Shown: positions 11,357 through 24,920, numbered from the stretch's first letter. The stretch: DNA of 64,000 nucleotides from Octopus vulgaris (GCA_951406725.2 OX597814.1:138136001-138200000), one strand, 5' to 3'. The notes: generated by a model not told the origin, from the letters alone. Made by a program: numbers and translations.

Positions 11357-13695
11357 TCGTGATATAGGAGAGAAATGTGTCCGCATGGATGACGGCTCAT
11401 GTGCATATAATAAGGTTGCAAGGAGAGCGACTTGAAGACACCACTATGAAAGGTTGCTAAATGAAGAGAATGAATGGGAGAAAAAGAGTTTGCCAAATGT
11501 TGACCCAACAGAGGGACCAGGTATCCGAATTGACAGTACCTTAGTAGATAAAGCAATTAAGGGTATGAAGACGGGAATACTTAAAATATCTGGTGGTGTT
11601 AGCTATAGTCTAGTCACCTGTATTGTAAATTAGGTAGTTCATGAAGGAGTCATACCCAATGACAGGTGTAACAGCGCCATAATCAACTGCTACAAAGGTA
11701 AAAGTGACGCATTAGATACAAATAATTACAGAGGTATCAAGTTGTTGGATCAGGTAATGAAAGTAATAGAGAAGGTCATAGCCCAACTAATTAGGGAGAG
11801 AGTCAGTCTAGATGAGATGCAGTTTGGGTTTGTGCCAGGGAAAGGCATCACTGATGCTATATTTCTGGTAAGACAACTGCAGGAGAAATACCTAGCCAAA
11901 GATAAACCTCTGTACTTGGCTTTTGTTAACATGGAGAAAGCCTTTGACAGGGTCCCTCGATCCCTTATCTGGTGGTCAATGAGAAAACTAGGGATAGATG
12001 AATGTTTAGTGAGAACTGTACAAGCCATGTACAGGGATGTTGTCAGTAAGGTGATGGTTGGCGATGAGTACAGTGAAGAATTCTGGGTAGGGGTAGGGGT
12101 CCACCAAGGATCAGTCCTCAGCCCCCTCTTATTCATTATAGTCCTCCAAGCAATAACAGAGGAATTCAAGACAGGCTGCTCCTGGGAACTTCTCTATGCT
12201 GATGACCTTGCTCTAATTGCTAAGTCACTATCAGAACTAGAGGAGGAGTTTCAGGTGTGGAAGCAAAAATTAGAATTGAAGGGCCTTAGAGTCAACCTAG
12301 CAAAAACCAGAGTCTTAATAAGTAGGAAGGCAGGCAAACCACAAATCCATTCAGGTAGATAGCCCTGCACAATCTGTAGAAAAGGCATAGGTAGAAACTC
12401 CATAAGATGTACCCAGTGTAAGCTATGGGCACATAAGAGGTGCATCAATATCAAAAGAAGGCTAACTGGGAATATAGTTTTTGTGTGTGGCAAATACCCA
12501 GGAGCAATAAACACTGAAAATGTGCAGAGAACAGCTTCTGTTACATTCCAGGGGTAAAACTAGAAGTAGTTGATAGCTTCTGTTATCTAGGTGACCAACT
12601 CAGTAGCAGGGTTGGATGCTCTGAAAGTGTAGCTGTTAGAGTAGGGATAGCCTGAGCAAAGTTCAGCTGGTGACAAAAGGCCTCTCTCTCTCAGAGTAAA
12701 AGGTAGACTGTATGACGCATGTGTGCAAACAACTATGGTACATGGCAGTGAAACATGAGCCATGACTACTGAGGACATGCATAAACTTTGCGAGGAATGA
12801 AGCCAGTATGCTCTGCTGGATGTGTAATGTCAGTGGTGCATATACAATAGAGTGTAAGTGCCCTGAGAGAAAAGTTGGATGTGAGAAGCCTCAGATGTGG
12901 TGTGCAAGAGATGACTGTATTGGTATGGTCATGTGATGTGAATGGATGAGGACAGCTGTGTGAAAAAGTGTCACACCCTAGCAGTTGAGTGAACCTGCAG
13001 AAGAGGTAGCCCCAGGAAGACTTGGGATGAGGTGGTGAAGCATGACCTTCGAACATTGGGCCTCACTGAGGCAAGACAAGTGTCAACAAAAGCCAGGTAC
13101 AGAGGTTTATCACCTTTGGAGATATGCTGTGCTTGAGAAGACCCGGCAAACCAAGTGAGACCATAACCGTGGCCTATGCCAGTGCTGTATAACCAGCCCA
13201 TTTAAGAGTATCGTTCAGTCATTGAACAATAAACTATGCTTGCGAAGACATGTAGAGGCAAGTGAAATCGCTGTAGTGGCTGGTGACAGTACCACCTGTT
13301 TGGCACCTATGCCAGTGGAATGTTAAAAGCACCATTCGAGCATGATTTTTGCCAGGGTCGCTGACTGGCTCCAATGCCGGTGGCACATAAAAAAAAGCAC
13401 CATTCGAGCATGGTTGTTGGCAGTGCTGCTGGATTGGCTCCTGTGCAGGTGGCACATAAAAAGCACCGTTTGAACATGGCTTATGCTAGTACCGCCTGAC
13501 TGATCCTCGTGCCAGTGGCATATAAAAGCACCCACTACACTCTCAGAGTGGTTGGAGTTAGGAAGGGCATCCAGCTGTAGAAACTTTGCCAGATCAGATT
13601 GGAGACTGATGCAACCTTCTGGCTCGCCAGCCCTCAGTCAAACCGTACAACCCATGTCAGCATGGAAAGCGGATGTTAAATGATGATGATGATGA
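11357..13695 (+). mobile_element. 5'-truncated RTE-clade LINE with disrupted RT ORF, repeat-containing 3' UTR and (GAT)n tail
   Basis: ORF 11742-12362 has QFGFVPG, KAFDRVP, GVHQGSVLSPLLF and LLYADDLAL; stops and frameshifts follow; tail at ~13680-13695. Confidence 0.93.
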
Positions 13696-14074
13696 TGTGT
13701 GTGTTTGTGTGTCTGTGTTTGTCCCCCCAACATTGCTTGACAACCGATGCTGGTGTGTTTACGTCCCCATAACTTAGCAGTTTCGCAAAAGAGACCAATA
13801 AAATAAGAACTAGGCTTACAAAAAATAAATCCTGAGTTGATTTTCTCGACTAAAAGGTGTTGTTCCAGCATGCCCACAGTCAAATGACTGAAACAAGTAA
13901 AAGAATAGTTGGACATGTTTTACATGAGAGACTGGAAACAAATGTCACTGTTTGTGTGAGTGTGATACTCATTTGTAATTATTGCATGCTGTCAAGGCAA
14001 GGAGACCTGCAAACATGCACATACATACATATGTAAAGCTATACAAACATAGATATATATATACGAAAGGTCTG

Positions 14075-14365
14075 TTTCTATTGAAAGACTCCCTTTGGTC
14101 ATGAATGACCATGGGATTGCACCTAGAAAGTTACCCTCTGAAGCACAAGTCCGAGCAAGGTTGTTTGTGAAAGGCCGGCAGTCACCCATGCATTCTGGCC
14201 TACCCTCTCCAGGCCACAGATGTTATCAAAGGGAAAGGCAAAAGCTGATACAGCTTGGTACCTGTGACATTGCAACTCATTTCTACAGCTGAGTGAACTG
14301 GGGCAATGTGAAATAAAGTGTCTTGCTCTAGAACACAACACACAGTCCAGTCCAGGAATTGAACT
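14075..14365 (-). mobile_element. tRNA-derived CORE-like SINE
   Basis: Reverse-complement match to 22040-22370 and 28718-29060. Confidence 0.75.
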
Positions 14366-14597
14366 CTTTCTATTTAATAACTACCAAATCTACTCACAAG
14401 GCTTTGGTCTATCTGAGGCTATAGAAGACATACCTTGAGAGAAGTATCTCAGTGAGACTGAACCCAAAACCACATGGATGGGAAGCAAACTTCTTAACCA
14501 CACAGCCATGCCTGGGGCTGAAAAATTTTTTTAATTTTGCTGTTCTTATATCAAAACAGCAAATAATAAATTTGCTGATGTATGCAAAGCTTTGTTA

Positions 14598-15713
14598 CCC
14601 TTTTGTTACCAAACCGCCCAAAGCTGCCCGAAAAAATTTTGGTTAATGTGACCAAACCGCCCAAAGCCGCCCGAATTTACCTATTCATATTTAAATGAGA
14701 ATATCAGAGCAAATCTCTTTAGTACATTCGTGAAAACATGTGATTATACTTTGTAAACAGTTCATCTACAGTTTTGTACAACGATCGATGTGTAATTTTA
14801 ATTCCCTGAATTTTGGGAGATTTTTTTTCCACATTTTTTTGGCATCGATTTTTCTTCAACTTTGAAAATGGATTGGAGTTTCATGTTATCAAGCATTGAT
14901 TCCGAATTGGAAAATTTGTGAAGCAAATACTGGGTACTGTTGTGGATTTAGTTTTTATACAGGGAAACTAATGTTAGTCAGCATGGCTTAGGGTATGATG
15001 TGGTCTGGAAGTTATTGTTTGAAGCGATCAATGCGGAAACAAACTTACACAAAATGTAAACAAACACAAAATGGGGGTTCAAATTTCGGAAAATTTGTGA
15101 AGCAAATACTGGGTACTGCGTGGATTTAGTTTTTATACAGGGAAAATAATGTTAGTCAGCATGGCCTAGGGAACGATGTGGTCTGGAATTTATCACTTCC
15201 ATACCATAACCAGGGCCGTATATTATTTTTTGACCGATTTCTTTAGTTCGGTCAAACTTGCGGTGGATTCCAGTATTTCACTTTATTCCACCTTTATGGT
15301 ACACCTGTTGTGCATTAAATTCAACTGATGATATAGTGATGTGCACAATTCTTCTTTATCAAAATTTTGTTGCATACCCATTTGAATATTAGCTGATGAT
15401 TTATTTTCTATGGTGATGTTTAAACAAAATTTTAATATTTTTACCTTTTGCTCAATTTAAAATTTTAATATTTTTACCTTTTGCTCAATTTACCTGGATT
15501 TACCTGTAATTAAAGTCACTTTGAGACAAAAGTTATGCAATAGAATTGATTAAGAACCCTTTCTTTAATTATGTTCCAACTATCACATTAAAATGTTGAT
15601 AAGTAAAAAAGTTACTGTTATTTAATGAAACAAGCCTAGATTCATGATTATTTTAGAATTTAACTGAAACTCATGAGGGGTGTATTTTGGTCAGAAATAT
15701 AGTAACGAAAGGG
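14598..15713 (+). mobile_element. Internally deleted piggyBac element with transposase (PGBD/DDE_Tnp_1_7) remnant
   Basis: CCCTTTTGTTAC ... GTAACGAAAGGG|TTAA termini; ~15070-15270 translates with frameshifts to KWGFKFRKICEANTGYCVDLV/FYTGK..HGLGNDVVWNLSLPYHNQGRILFFDRF/FSSVKLA. Confidence 0.85.
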
Positions 15714-18700
15714 TTAAACTGGAATTCCTTAGCAGCACACTAAGCAGTGATGATTAAAGTATATGTTTGGTACAATTATATTTAACTAGTTTGTGTACAT
15801 GTAAACATGGAAAGTAATTGAAACTGGTTTCGTATTAAATAATAAAATGCATTTGCTGTTCTCTCACTTTGCACATTCCCATACAGCTAAAGAATTAACT
15901 ATAAACAGGTTTTTGTTCAATAATTTTCTACGTGACACACCTTAGATATTAACAATTTATTGCAGTTGTATGTTATTTCTGTCATCCAGTTTGAAAAGTG
16001 CAAACCTGATATTCCATATTTTAGAAACTTCTTATCCTGCATTCATCAATGTTGCTCATTGTGTAAATGAGTATAGCTTTAATTAATATTGTCATTGGTA
16101 TTAACTTCATATCTAAGTAGTTAATGTGTAGCGAGTGATTGAACCTCTTCATCCTGATGGGTGCAAAGGGTGCTGGTGCCGCAGGTGGTTGTTTGGGCCA
16201 AGGGAAGTATAAAAGAGCAAGAGATATTTATTGCAGAGGAGGATTGGTGGAGTACAAGGAAGTGTGAGTCGTTCTTAGCATCTTTGACATCTGACCCCTG
16301 CCTTTTGACATCTGTTATTTTCCCCCAGGTCCATTCCCTTGATGATGGTATGTCGCCACTTTGGATGGTCCGTGGCAATTGTCTCCCAGGTGTTTGGGTC
16401 AATGAAGCAGCAGAGGAGAGGTGGTCTGGTAAATTTGGGTGCTCTGCATTTGAGGCATACCTGTGGAGGCAGTACTGTGCCATGGTAGCTTCAGTGCTGG
16501 GCAGCTTAGTCTGGAGCAGAACCTCTTTAACGGTATTATGGTCTTTCCATCAAATCCTCATGATTGTTCAAAGTTTGTGCTATTGGAAACATTCGATTTT
16601 CTTCAAACCATCTCAATACACACCCAACATTTAATTAATATAGTTCTGTAGAAATGCTTTGTCTTTGTTTCATATATTATATTTATTTGCATTTAAGTCA
16701 CCATAGCTCACACAATTTATACTATATTTTAATTGAAAAAACTTGTGTGTGACTTAAACATGGGTCAAAGTTAAAACAATGAAGGGAAAAAAAATTTGTG
16801 CCAAGATTTAACGCTAAATTAATGGTGCAACTTGTACACTTCTGAAAGTGGTAATTTTGAAAATTATGAAGAATTTATTAACATAACTTTGTCATTAGGA
16901 AATCGGGTTTGGAATGTACCATAAAATTTTGATTGAAATTTTTACCTTAGATTTCTTTAAAACATTAAGTTTGTATTATAGAACCAAGGGCAGACTTTGG
17001 TAGGTTGGTATGAAAAGGGTTTAAAAGTACTTATTTTGTTCAACTTACACTCCAAGATTGGGTAACTGCAGACAAAAATATCTGGTTCAAGTTATAAAAC
17101 CAAAGAGCAAAAAACATCTATGTGGTTGCCTGAGTTACTTGGAATAGCGGCCAAATATCCTTCACTTTACACTGTATTGTCCTACACATACACGGAAAAA
17201 TAGTGAGCTAGCACTAGTGTCAATTAATTAATAAACACCTGTCATTTATTTTGAGTGATGTCTATCCTGCAAGGCAGACTGTTACTTAACATTTCTACCA
17301 ATTGTGTCTACCTGCTTGCCTGGATTCAATCATCCTGTGATATACATGGATACTAAGACAATGCGTAAATTTATAATTATCAAAATATTCTGAGTCTAAT
17401 AATTGATTTTCAATAATATTGAAATTTTACGAGGAAGTTATGAAAAAATTTTATATTGAATTTAAAATAATTCATCTCAGTGAGTTTAATTGAATACTGT
17501 AACTGCCAGTGATTCTGGCAGTTGACCAATTAATATAAAGGGCTATATATAATATGTATGTCCTTTATGGTATATAGCAGGCTGTCTATCAATCTGTCTG
17601 TCTGTATATCTGTTTAATATTATATAAAGGATGTATATGTCATCATCACTATCATCATCTTCATTTAATGCTGGATGAGTTGTATGGTTTGACTGAATTT
17701 CTATCTATCTAGGTTGCCTACCTCTAGGCAAGAAACATAGATAAGGGCAGCAATGTCAAACTCCCTCATCCACCAAATGTCACATATCAGAGGACATTTA
17801 GTGAAAGTGTAGCAACATAAATGGTGATGCCCCAGCATAGCCGCAGTTCTTGGACTGAAACTCAGAAAATATATATAGATTTGCTTATTTCAGTCATTTG
17901 AAGAGTCTTAGTTGAACAAATCAACCTCAGGACTTATTTTTTTAAGCCTAGTATTTATAATTATTTAATAAACACAGGTGGGCAGTGTCAAATGATTGTG
18001 CTAAGACAACAAATGTTATAAAACACTGTTTGGCATGTCCTCATTACATGAAACTAATTGTAGTTCATAAAAACATATACTGTATTTATTAAATAATTAT
18101 CTCTCACCTAATGGAGTACTTTTTTGTTGACTTTACCATCACAAAATAGCACACTATATACATATATACGCATATACATATTATAAGTATGTGTGGCTAT
18201 GTGGTTAAGAAGCTTGCTTCCTAGTTTCATGGTCTTGGGTTTAGGCCCATTGCACAACACCTACAGCAAGTGTCTTCCACTACAGACCTAGGCCTCCCTC
18301 ACTGGCTAATCATTATCATTGTTTTTATGTTCACTTTTTCATGGTTGTATAGGTCAGAAGGCATTTGTTGAAGTAGACTGTCTACAGCTAGATACCTTTC
18401 CTGTCTCCAACCCTCATCCATTTCCAAATAAGGTAATATTTCTCCATGACCAGACATGTTTTCATGGAAGATTGGAAATGCATAACACTGCTTAAATGAC
18501 AGTGTTTAGAACTATCACATGATGTCAAGACACAAGCATGCACTTCCATGTAAATATGTGCACGCACACACATTTCTATGTAAATGTGCATGCATGCACA
18601 CACACACACACACACACATGCATACAAACATGATATTAGTCTTTAGGAAAAGCAGAGTACAAATGTACTGAGAGACCTGCTGAATCAGCCAGATTATGCA

Positions 18701-19324
18701 GGAGAGATGGCTGCTGTTTGTTTGGATATTTGACATGAATGTTGAATGCACAATGAAAGCTGTTTGGAAAAACACCCACTACTGGTTCTGTCAGTGGATC
18801 ATTCCCTGCATTTTAGGAACATCAACAAGTAGCTAGGGTTGACTGTTGGGATACAAGGTCACACAACTGAGACGGGGAAAGATAAAGACATGAGGCAAAA
18901 GTGAACCACCCAATATACACCAGCTGAACCTGACATAAATGTTAGGAGGTTATTTGTCAATAATACCACACAATTAAATAGAAGAAATAGATATTATAAA
19001 AAATAAAGATCAATATCGACTTTGCACAATGTATGGGAATATTAAATATTAAGGCGAAATACATACGTGCGTGCACACACACACACACACACACACAGAC
19101 TCACTGAAGCATGCAGAAATACACTCTAATACAGGGCATCTCAAACTAGGTGATGTGGCATACCAGCAGTTTTTTTTTTTTCCAATGTGTCAGTAATATT
19201 TCTTAGTAATAGTAATTTATACTGGAAACAATATATATAATGAATATAATGAAAATGATTATTTTTTTAGCTTATATTTATTTTGTAAACAAATAATACA
19301 ATATTATATAAGCATTTTGTGAAG

Positions 19325-19640
19325 TCACGTGGCTTAGTGGTTAGGGCATTTGGCTCATGATTGTAAGGTCATGAGTTTGATTCCTGGTGACGCGTTGAGT
19401 CCTTGAACAACACACTTTATTTCATATTGCTCCAGTTCACTCAGCTGGTAAAAATGAATTGTACCTGTATTTCAAAGGGCCGGCCTTGTCACACTTTGTG
19501 TCACGCTGAATCTCCCTGAAAACTACGTTAGGGGTACTCATGTCTGTGGATTGCTCTGTCACTTGCAAGTTAATTTCACGAGCAGGCTGTTCCATTGATT
19601 GGATCAGCTGGAACCTTCATCGTCATAACCAATGGAGTGC
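19325..19640 (+). mobile_element. tRNA-derived CORE-like SINE
   Basis: gtggcttagtggttagg A box, gagtttgattcc B box, then tccttgaacaacacactttatttc..ttgctccagttcactcagctg core. Confidence 0.8.
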
Positions 19641-20103
19641 TCCTACATAAGCATTTTATAATTTTTCTTTCTTTTCTGGAAACTCGCCGTGTACCGGCAG
19701 CTGATGGCTTGTGGACTGGCACCAGTCCATGGACCACCACTTTCTGTAGCACTGCTCTAATACACATATGTATGTACTTACATATTTTTTATGTTAATAT
19801 TGGGTTGGTGCATAATTATTGTGGCTTTTTTCAACAAATTTTAAACAACAAAAACCTTAGAAGGGGGTAAGGTTGTGTATACTGGAGTTGTAAAGTAAGA
19901 ATATAACAATATATTCAACTGGAGTGTTAAGTAAAAGAAAACTCATGTAGATATAATTGGTAAAAATGTCATATTGTGATATTATGTCTATCCTTACTAA
20001 ATCAATATAAAATTAGTATGTAGAGTTTAATTCAAGTCTGTATAGTTATTAATATTTAATTAAGGTGGAGGGCATTCAGGCAATCTCTTACTTATTATAT
20101 ATA

Positions 20104-20328
20104 TTGGATTGGTGCATAATTATTGCGGTTTTTTTCAACAAATTTTATTCAACAAAAACAATAACAACATGTAACAAAAACATCTTTAAATGATTATTCT
20201 GGAGCATATTCACCATCTACTTCAATTACTGCTTGGCAGACGGTCAGACTGTCATTTAAAGATGTTTTTGTTAAAAATTGTTATTGTTTTTGTTGAAAAA
20301 AAGCCACAATAATTATGCACCAGTCCAA
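20104..20328. mobile_element. Tc1/mariner-type foldback MITE
   Basis: TA|TTGGATTGGTGCATAATTATTG ... CAATAATTATGCACCAGTCCAA with long inner inverted arms; a solo end lies at ~19800-19850. Confidence 0.85.
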
Positions 20329-20427
20329 CAGTTTTATAATATAGGCTTAAGTGTGGGTGATTGTTTAAGATGTTCATTTCCCAATCATATAATTTTCAGT
20401 TCAGTCTCACGGTGTGTGACCTTGAGC

Positions 20428-20797
20428 AAGCAATCCCACATTGCAAAGATCACATCACAAAAGATTGAAGAGCTTGGTTGGGAAAAAATTCCTCATCTAC
20501 CATATTCTCCTGACCTTGCTCCTTCAGACTACCATTTGTTTCGCAGTTTACAGAATCATTTGGGGGACATAACTTTTGCAAGTGAGGAGGAGGTCAAAAC
20601 TGACATTTCAGAGTTCTTCACTTTGAAACCAAAAGAGTTTTACATTGGCGGGATTAAATTAAAAAGCTTGTAAATAGATGGAAGGAAGTCATAGATAATC
20701 AGGGAAAGTACATTGGTGATTAAATTTCATTTAAATATAACATTTGATCATTTGTTTTCTTTATTCACAATTCGGACAGAACTTATGGGATGACCTG

Positions 20798-20798
<1 letters not shown>
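20428..20798 (+). mobile_element. Mariner transposase 3' fragment plus right TIR
   Basis: LGWEKIPHLPYSPDLAPSDYHLFRSLQNHL (YSPDLAPSD motif, D,D34D type); ends ttatgggatgacctga|TA. Confidence 0.92.
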
Positions 20799-20863
<65 letters not shown>

Positions 20864-21012
20864 GTGTGTAAATATATATATGTATGTATGTGTGTATATA
20901 TATATATATATATATGTATGTGTATATAAATATATATATGTATGTGTATATATATGTTTATGTATGTATGTATGTATATATATATATGTATGTATATCTA
21001 CATATATATTTG

Positions 21013-21050
<38 letters not shown>

Positions 21051-21056
21051 TATATA

Positions 21057-21098
<42 letters not shown>
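20799..21098. repeat. Compound (TA)n/(TG)n/(CA)n microsatellite
   Basis: Directly visible. Confidence 0.95.
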
Positions 21099-21099
<1 letters not shown>

Positions 21100-22521
21100 G
21101 TGTATGTCTTTGTGGCTGTGTTGATCCACCCTCTCCCCCCACTGCTTCACAACAGCTGTTGGTGTGTTTACATCCCCATAACTTAGGGGGTTCAGCAAAG
21201 AAACAAGGATGATAGCATAAGCACCTGGCTTATGCTATAGTACTGGAGTCAATTCATTCAACTAAAAATTCTCTAAGGCGGTGTCCCACACATGCACTCA
21301 CATATATACACATATTCACACAATGACATATATTTTCACACTTACATAACATGTATTCATGGAAAATATGTTCCTGTTCATCAAGTTTCTATTAATTTTA
21401 ATTAAGAAACAGATACCCTTTATTTTAATCAATGAAGACATTATTCTATTTAAAACTCAATTCAAGGCTATATTCCCGGAAAACTAATAAATTTTACCCG
21501 TTTCAATTAATATTTTTGTAGTTAACTCATAATACAGATAAAATATTGTGTTCAACAATTTGAGAAACTCTGACCTATTTTCTTGTCTACATATATGTGT
21601 GTGTATCTAGGTGTGGATATCTGTACATATAAATGCATGTATGCTCATAATGCATATAGTGTATGTGTATGTCATCATTGTTTAATGTCCACTTCTCCAT
21701 GCTTGCTTGGGTTAGACAGAATTTCTTGTGGCCAATTTTTTACAACTTGCCACATTTCTTGTCTCCAGCCAACACTCGTTTCTTAGCAAGGTAATATTTC
21801 TCCAAGGTGGTGAACTGGCAGAAATGTTAGCACACCGGGCAAAAATGCTTAGCGATATTTCATCTGTCTTTACATTCTGAGTTCAAGTTCTGCCAAGGTT
21901 GACTTTGCCTTTCATCCTTTCGGCGGTCAATAAATTAAGTACCAGTTGTGTACTGGGGTCAATGTAATCAACTGGCCTTCTCCCCCAAAATTTCAGGCCT
22001 TGTGCCTAGAGTAGAAAAGAATATTTCTCCTTGAAGTCATATGGCTCAATGGTTAGAGCGTCAGACTCACAATCTAGAGGTAGTGTATTCAGTTCCTGAA
22101 CTGGGCTCTGTGCTGTGTTCTTTAGCAAAACGCTTTATTTCACGTTGCTCCTGTTCACTCAGTTGTAGAAATGAGTTGCAACATCACTGGTGTCAAGCTA
22201 TATCGGCCTTTGCCTTTCCTGTGGATAACATCAGTGGTGTGTAGAGGGGAGGCTGGTATGCATGGACAGCTGCTGGTTTTCCATAAAACAACCTTGCTTG
22301 GACCTGTGCCTTGGAGGGGAACTGTCTAGATGCAATCCCATAGTCATTCATGACTGAAGCGGAGTCTTTACCTGTTTTAATATTCCTCCATGGAAACAAT
22401 GTTGCTTGTTTGATGGTGATGCTTATTTTACAATCATCATATGAGATCAAGACTAGGGTTTACACAAACACACATCCACATATATATGGATGTACGAGTA
22501 TACATATATATATATATATAT

Positions 22522-22759
22522 AATCAAAATAAGCAACAAGGATATCCAAAGGCAGTGCAGTACAATTGTTCATGCAACTTCATTTAATTAAACAATGCAA
22601 GTATAGCATCAGTTTTAAAATGTAGAGCAATCTTCAGCTGCATATTTTGCTTATTTTGCTTATAATCAACCCATTTTGATTTATATGGATAATACCATAC
22701 CAAATTCTGATGCCTTTAACTTAAGTACCATATTCAACTGAATCTAAATTTTTACTGAA

Positions 22760-22761
<2 letters not shown>
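22522..22761 (-). mobile_element. Penelope-like pLTR fragment with internal inversion and degenerate hammerhead motif (22556-22642)
   Basis: (TA)n on both sides; both halves match 24703-24920 in opposite orientations; minus strand UGCAG-CUGAAGA...GAA-CAAUUG-UA-CUGCA. Confidence 0.6.
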
Positions 22762-22806
<45 letters not shown>

Positions 22807-22807
22807 T

Positions 22808-23150
22808 GAAAGTTCCTACGGGACAACTTGCTGAGTGCCACTGACCAAATTTGTGGCTGGTGCAAAGTCCCAACCAGGCCAAGAGTGACATGATAGTGGA
22901 ACAGTGTAGTTGACAGGGCCGTTAGAGAAAAGAAACAAGCTTGGAAGGACTGGAAGGGTAGCGGTAGCAAAGAACTATATGATCTGTAGAAGAGGTGTAA
23001 GTAGAAACCCCATAAGATGTACCTGGTATAAGAGGTGCAGCAATATCAGAGGAAGGTTAACAGGGAAAATAGTTTTTATGTGTGGAAAGCCCACATCTAC
23101 AATAAACACTAAAACTGCACAGAAAATAGACTCCATCAAATGCCAGCGGG
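22808..23150 (+). mobile_element. Rearranged RTE LINE fragment
   Basis: ICRRGVSRNPIRCT..KRCSNIRGRLTGKIVFMCG matches the Cys-rich segment of the RTE copies. Confidence 0.75.
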
Positions 23151-23369
23151 TAAATGAGGAATGAGGAGGTTTAATTTTTGTGATAGACTTAGGGATATAA
23201 GAATATTAAAGGTTTTAAAAGTTTTAAAAGTTTTAAAAAGTTCATAGGAGTAATAGATTAAGGATATATAAAAAATACATAAAAGGTTTCTGTGTAGGGA
23301 ACTGGAGAAATAGATAAATATTCAAGCGAGACAGGTGGAAGGGTAGGTTAATAGATAAATTTATGCATA

Positions 23370-23418
<49 letters not shown>

Positions 23419-24239
23419 GTGGTTGGTGTTAAGAAGGGCATCCAGCTGTAAAAGCCCTGCCAAAACAGATGGTGAAGCTTGGTGCAGTCTTCTACCTAGC
23501 CCTCTCAAGCCATCCAATTCATGCCAGCATGGAAAATGGGCACTAGCTGCTGATGAGGATGACACACATGTGTGCACATGCACACACACATACACACACA
23601 TACACATACAAGCAACCATCTGGATACAAAATACATTTTGTAAGCATGTAGTTTTAAGTTCTATCCCAATACATGGCACTTTGGGCAAATATCTTCTCTT
23701 TTAGCCCTTGGAGTGACCCCCGAAACCTTGGGAATGAAATGAAATGGTATGAAGAATCTGTGTAAAAGCCTGTCATAGATGGATGTATGTGTGTGTGAAT
23801 GTTTACGTTGCATATGTCATTTCTGACAACATGTATGCAAAACAGGTGTGTCATGTTTGCATCCCCTGAAAGCAATACATTCTTGTGACAACTAGTTTGT
23901 TTAATGTTTGTATGATGTACATATCATGTATGTACAATATAAATAAAAAGGGGTTTGTATGATTGTGTATAGAGGGATATATGTTATTCAAAGAAATTCC
24001 AACTCTGTCTGTTCTTTTATGTTTTATTTATATTCTTTATAATATTAATAAAGAATATATAGTATAAATAATATATATATAGTAAAATGAAATGAAGTAT
24101 TGATTGTCTTATTGAAAAGATGAAATATTGAATATAAAATATAAAATATTAAGGGACTAGTATACTTTCTTGCATTATAGCAGTCTTCAAGGTCCCAGGT
24201 TGTGACAGGAGTGTTTATATATATATATATATATATATA

Positions 24240-24399
24240 GGCGCGGGAGTGGCTGTGTGGTAGGTAGCTTGCTTACCAACCACATGGTTCCGGGCTCATT
24301 CCCACTGCTTGGAACCTTGGGCAAATGTCTTCTATAGCCTTGGGCCAACTAAAGCCTTGTGAGTGGATTTGGTAGACAGAAACTGAAAGAAGCCTGTCG

Positions 24400-24436
<37 letters not shown>

Positions 24437-24647
24437 ATGTTTGTGTGTCTGTGTTTGTCTCCCCAGCATTGCTTGACAACCGATGCTGTTGTATTTTTGT
24501 TCCTATAACTTAGCGGTTCAGCAAAAGAGACTAATAGAACAAGTACTAGGCTTACAAAGAATAAGTCCTGGGGTCGATTTGCTCGACTAAAGGCAGTGCT
24601 CCAGCATGGCCGCAGTCAAATTACTGAAATAAGTAAAAGAGTAAAGA

Positions 24648-24650
<3 letters not shown>
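24240..24650 (+). mobile_element. Full-length tRNA-derived SINE (dominant family)
   Basis: ggcgcgggagtggctgtgtggtagg head to aagtaaaagagtaaagag tail; further copies at 29707-30155, 47465-47940 and 49215-49635. Confidence 0.85.
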
Positions 24651-24684
<34 letters not shown>

Positions 24685-24702
24685 TATAGATATATATATA
24701 TA

Positions 24703-24920
24703 CGTTCATCAAAATTTAGATTCAAATGAATATGGTACTTAAGTTAGATGCACCAGAATTTTGTACGGTGTTATCCATATAAATCCATGGGGTGATTATA
24801 ATCAAAATAAGCAACAAGAATATCTTCGGTAATTTGGTACGATCATTTCACGCTACATCATTTTATTAAACATTGTAAGTATTACAACAAATTTAAAATG
24901 TTGAGCAATCATCAGATTTT
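24703..24920 (-). mobile_element. Penelope-like pLTR with hammerhead core (24835-24918)
   Basis: Follows a (TA)n tract; minus strand CUGAUGA-long stem II-GAAA-UGAUCG-UA. Confidence 0.6.

Noticed and set aside
13305-13540. CRISPR-like repeat/spacer appearance
   Set aside because: The spacers are homologous to each other, the array is part of an RTE 3' UTR, the context is eukaryotic and there are no cas genes.
16121-16634. Overlapping 120-aa and 157-aa ORFs as a gene
   Set aside because: No recognisable domain or splice context; more likely an old TE remnant.
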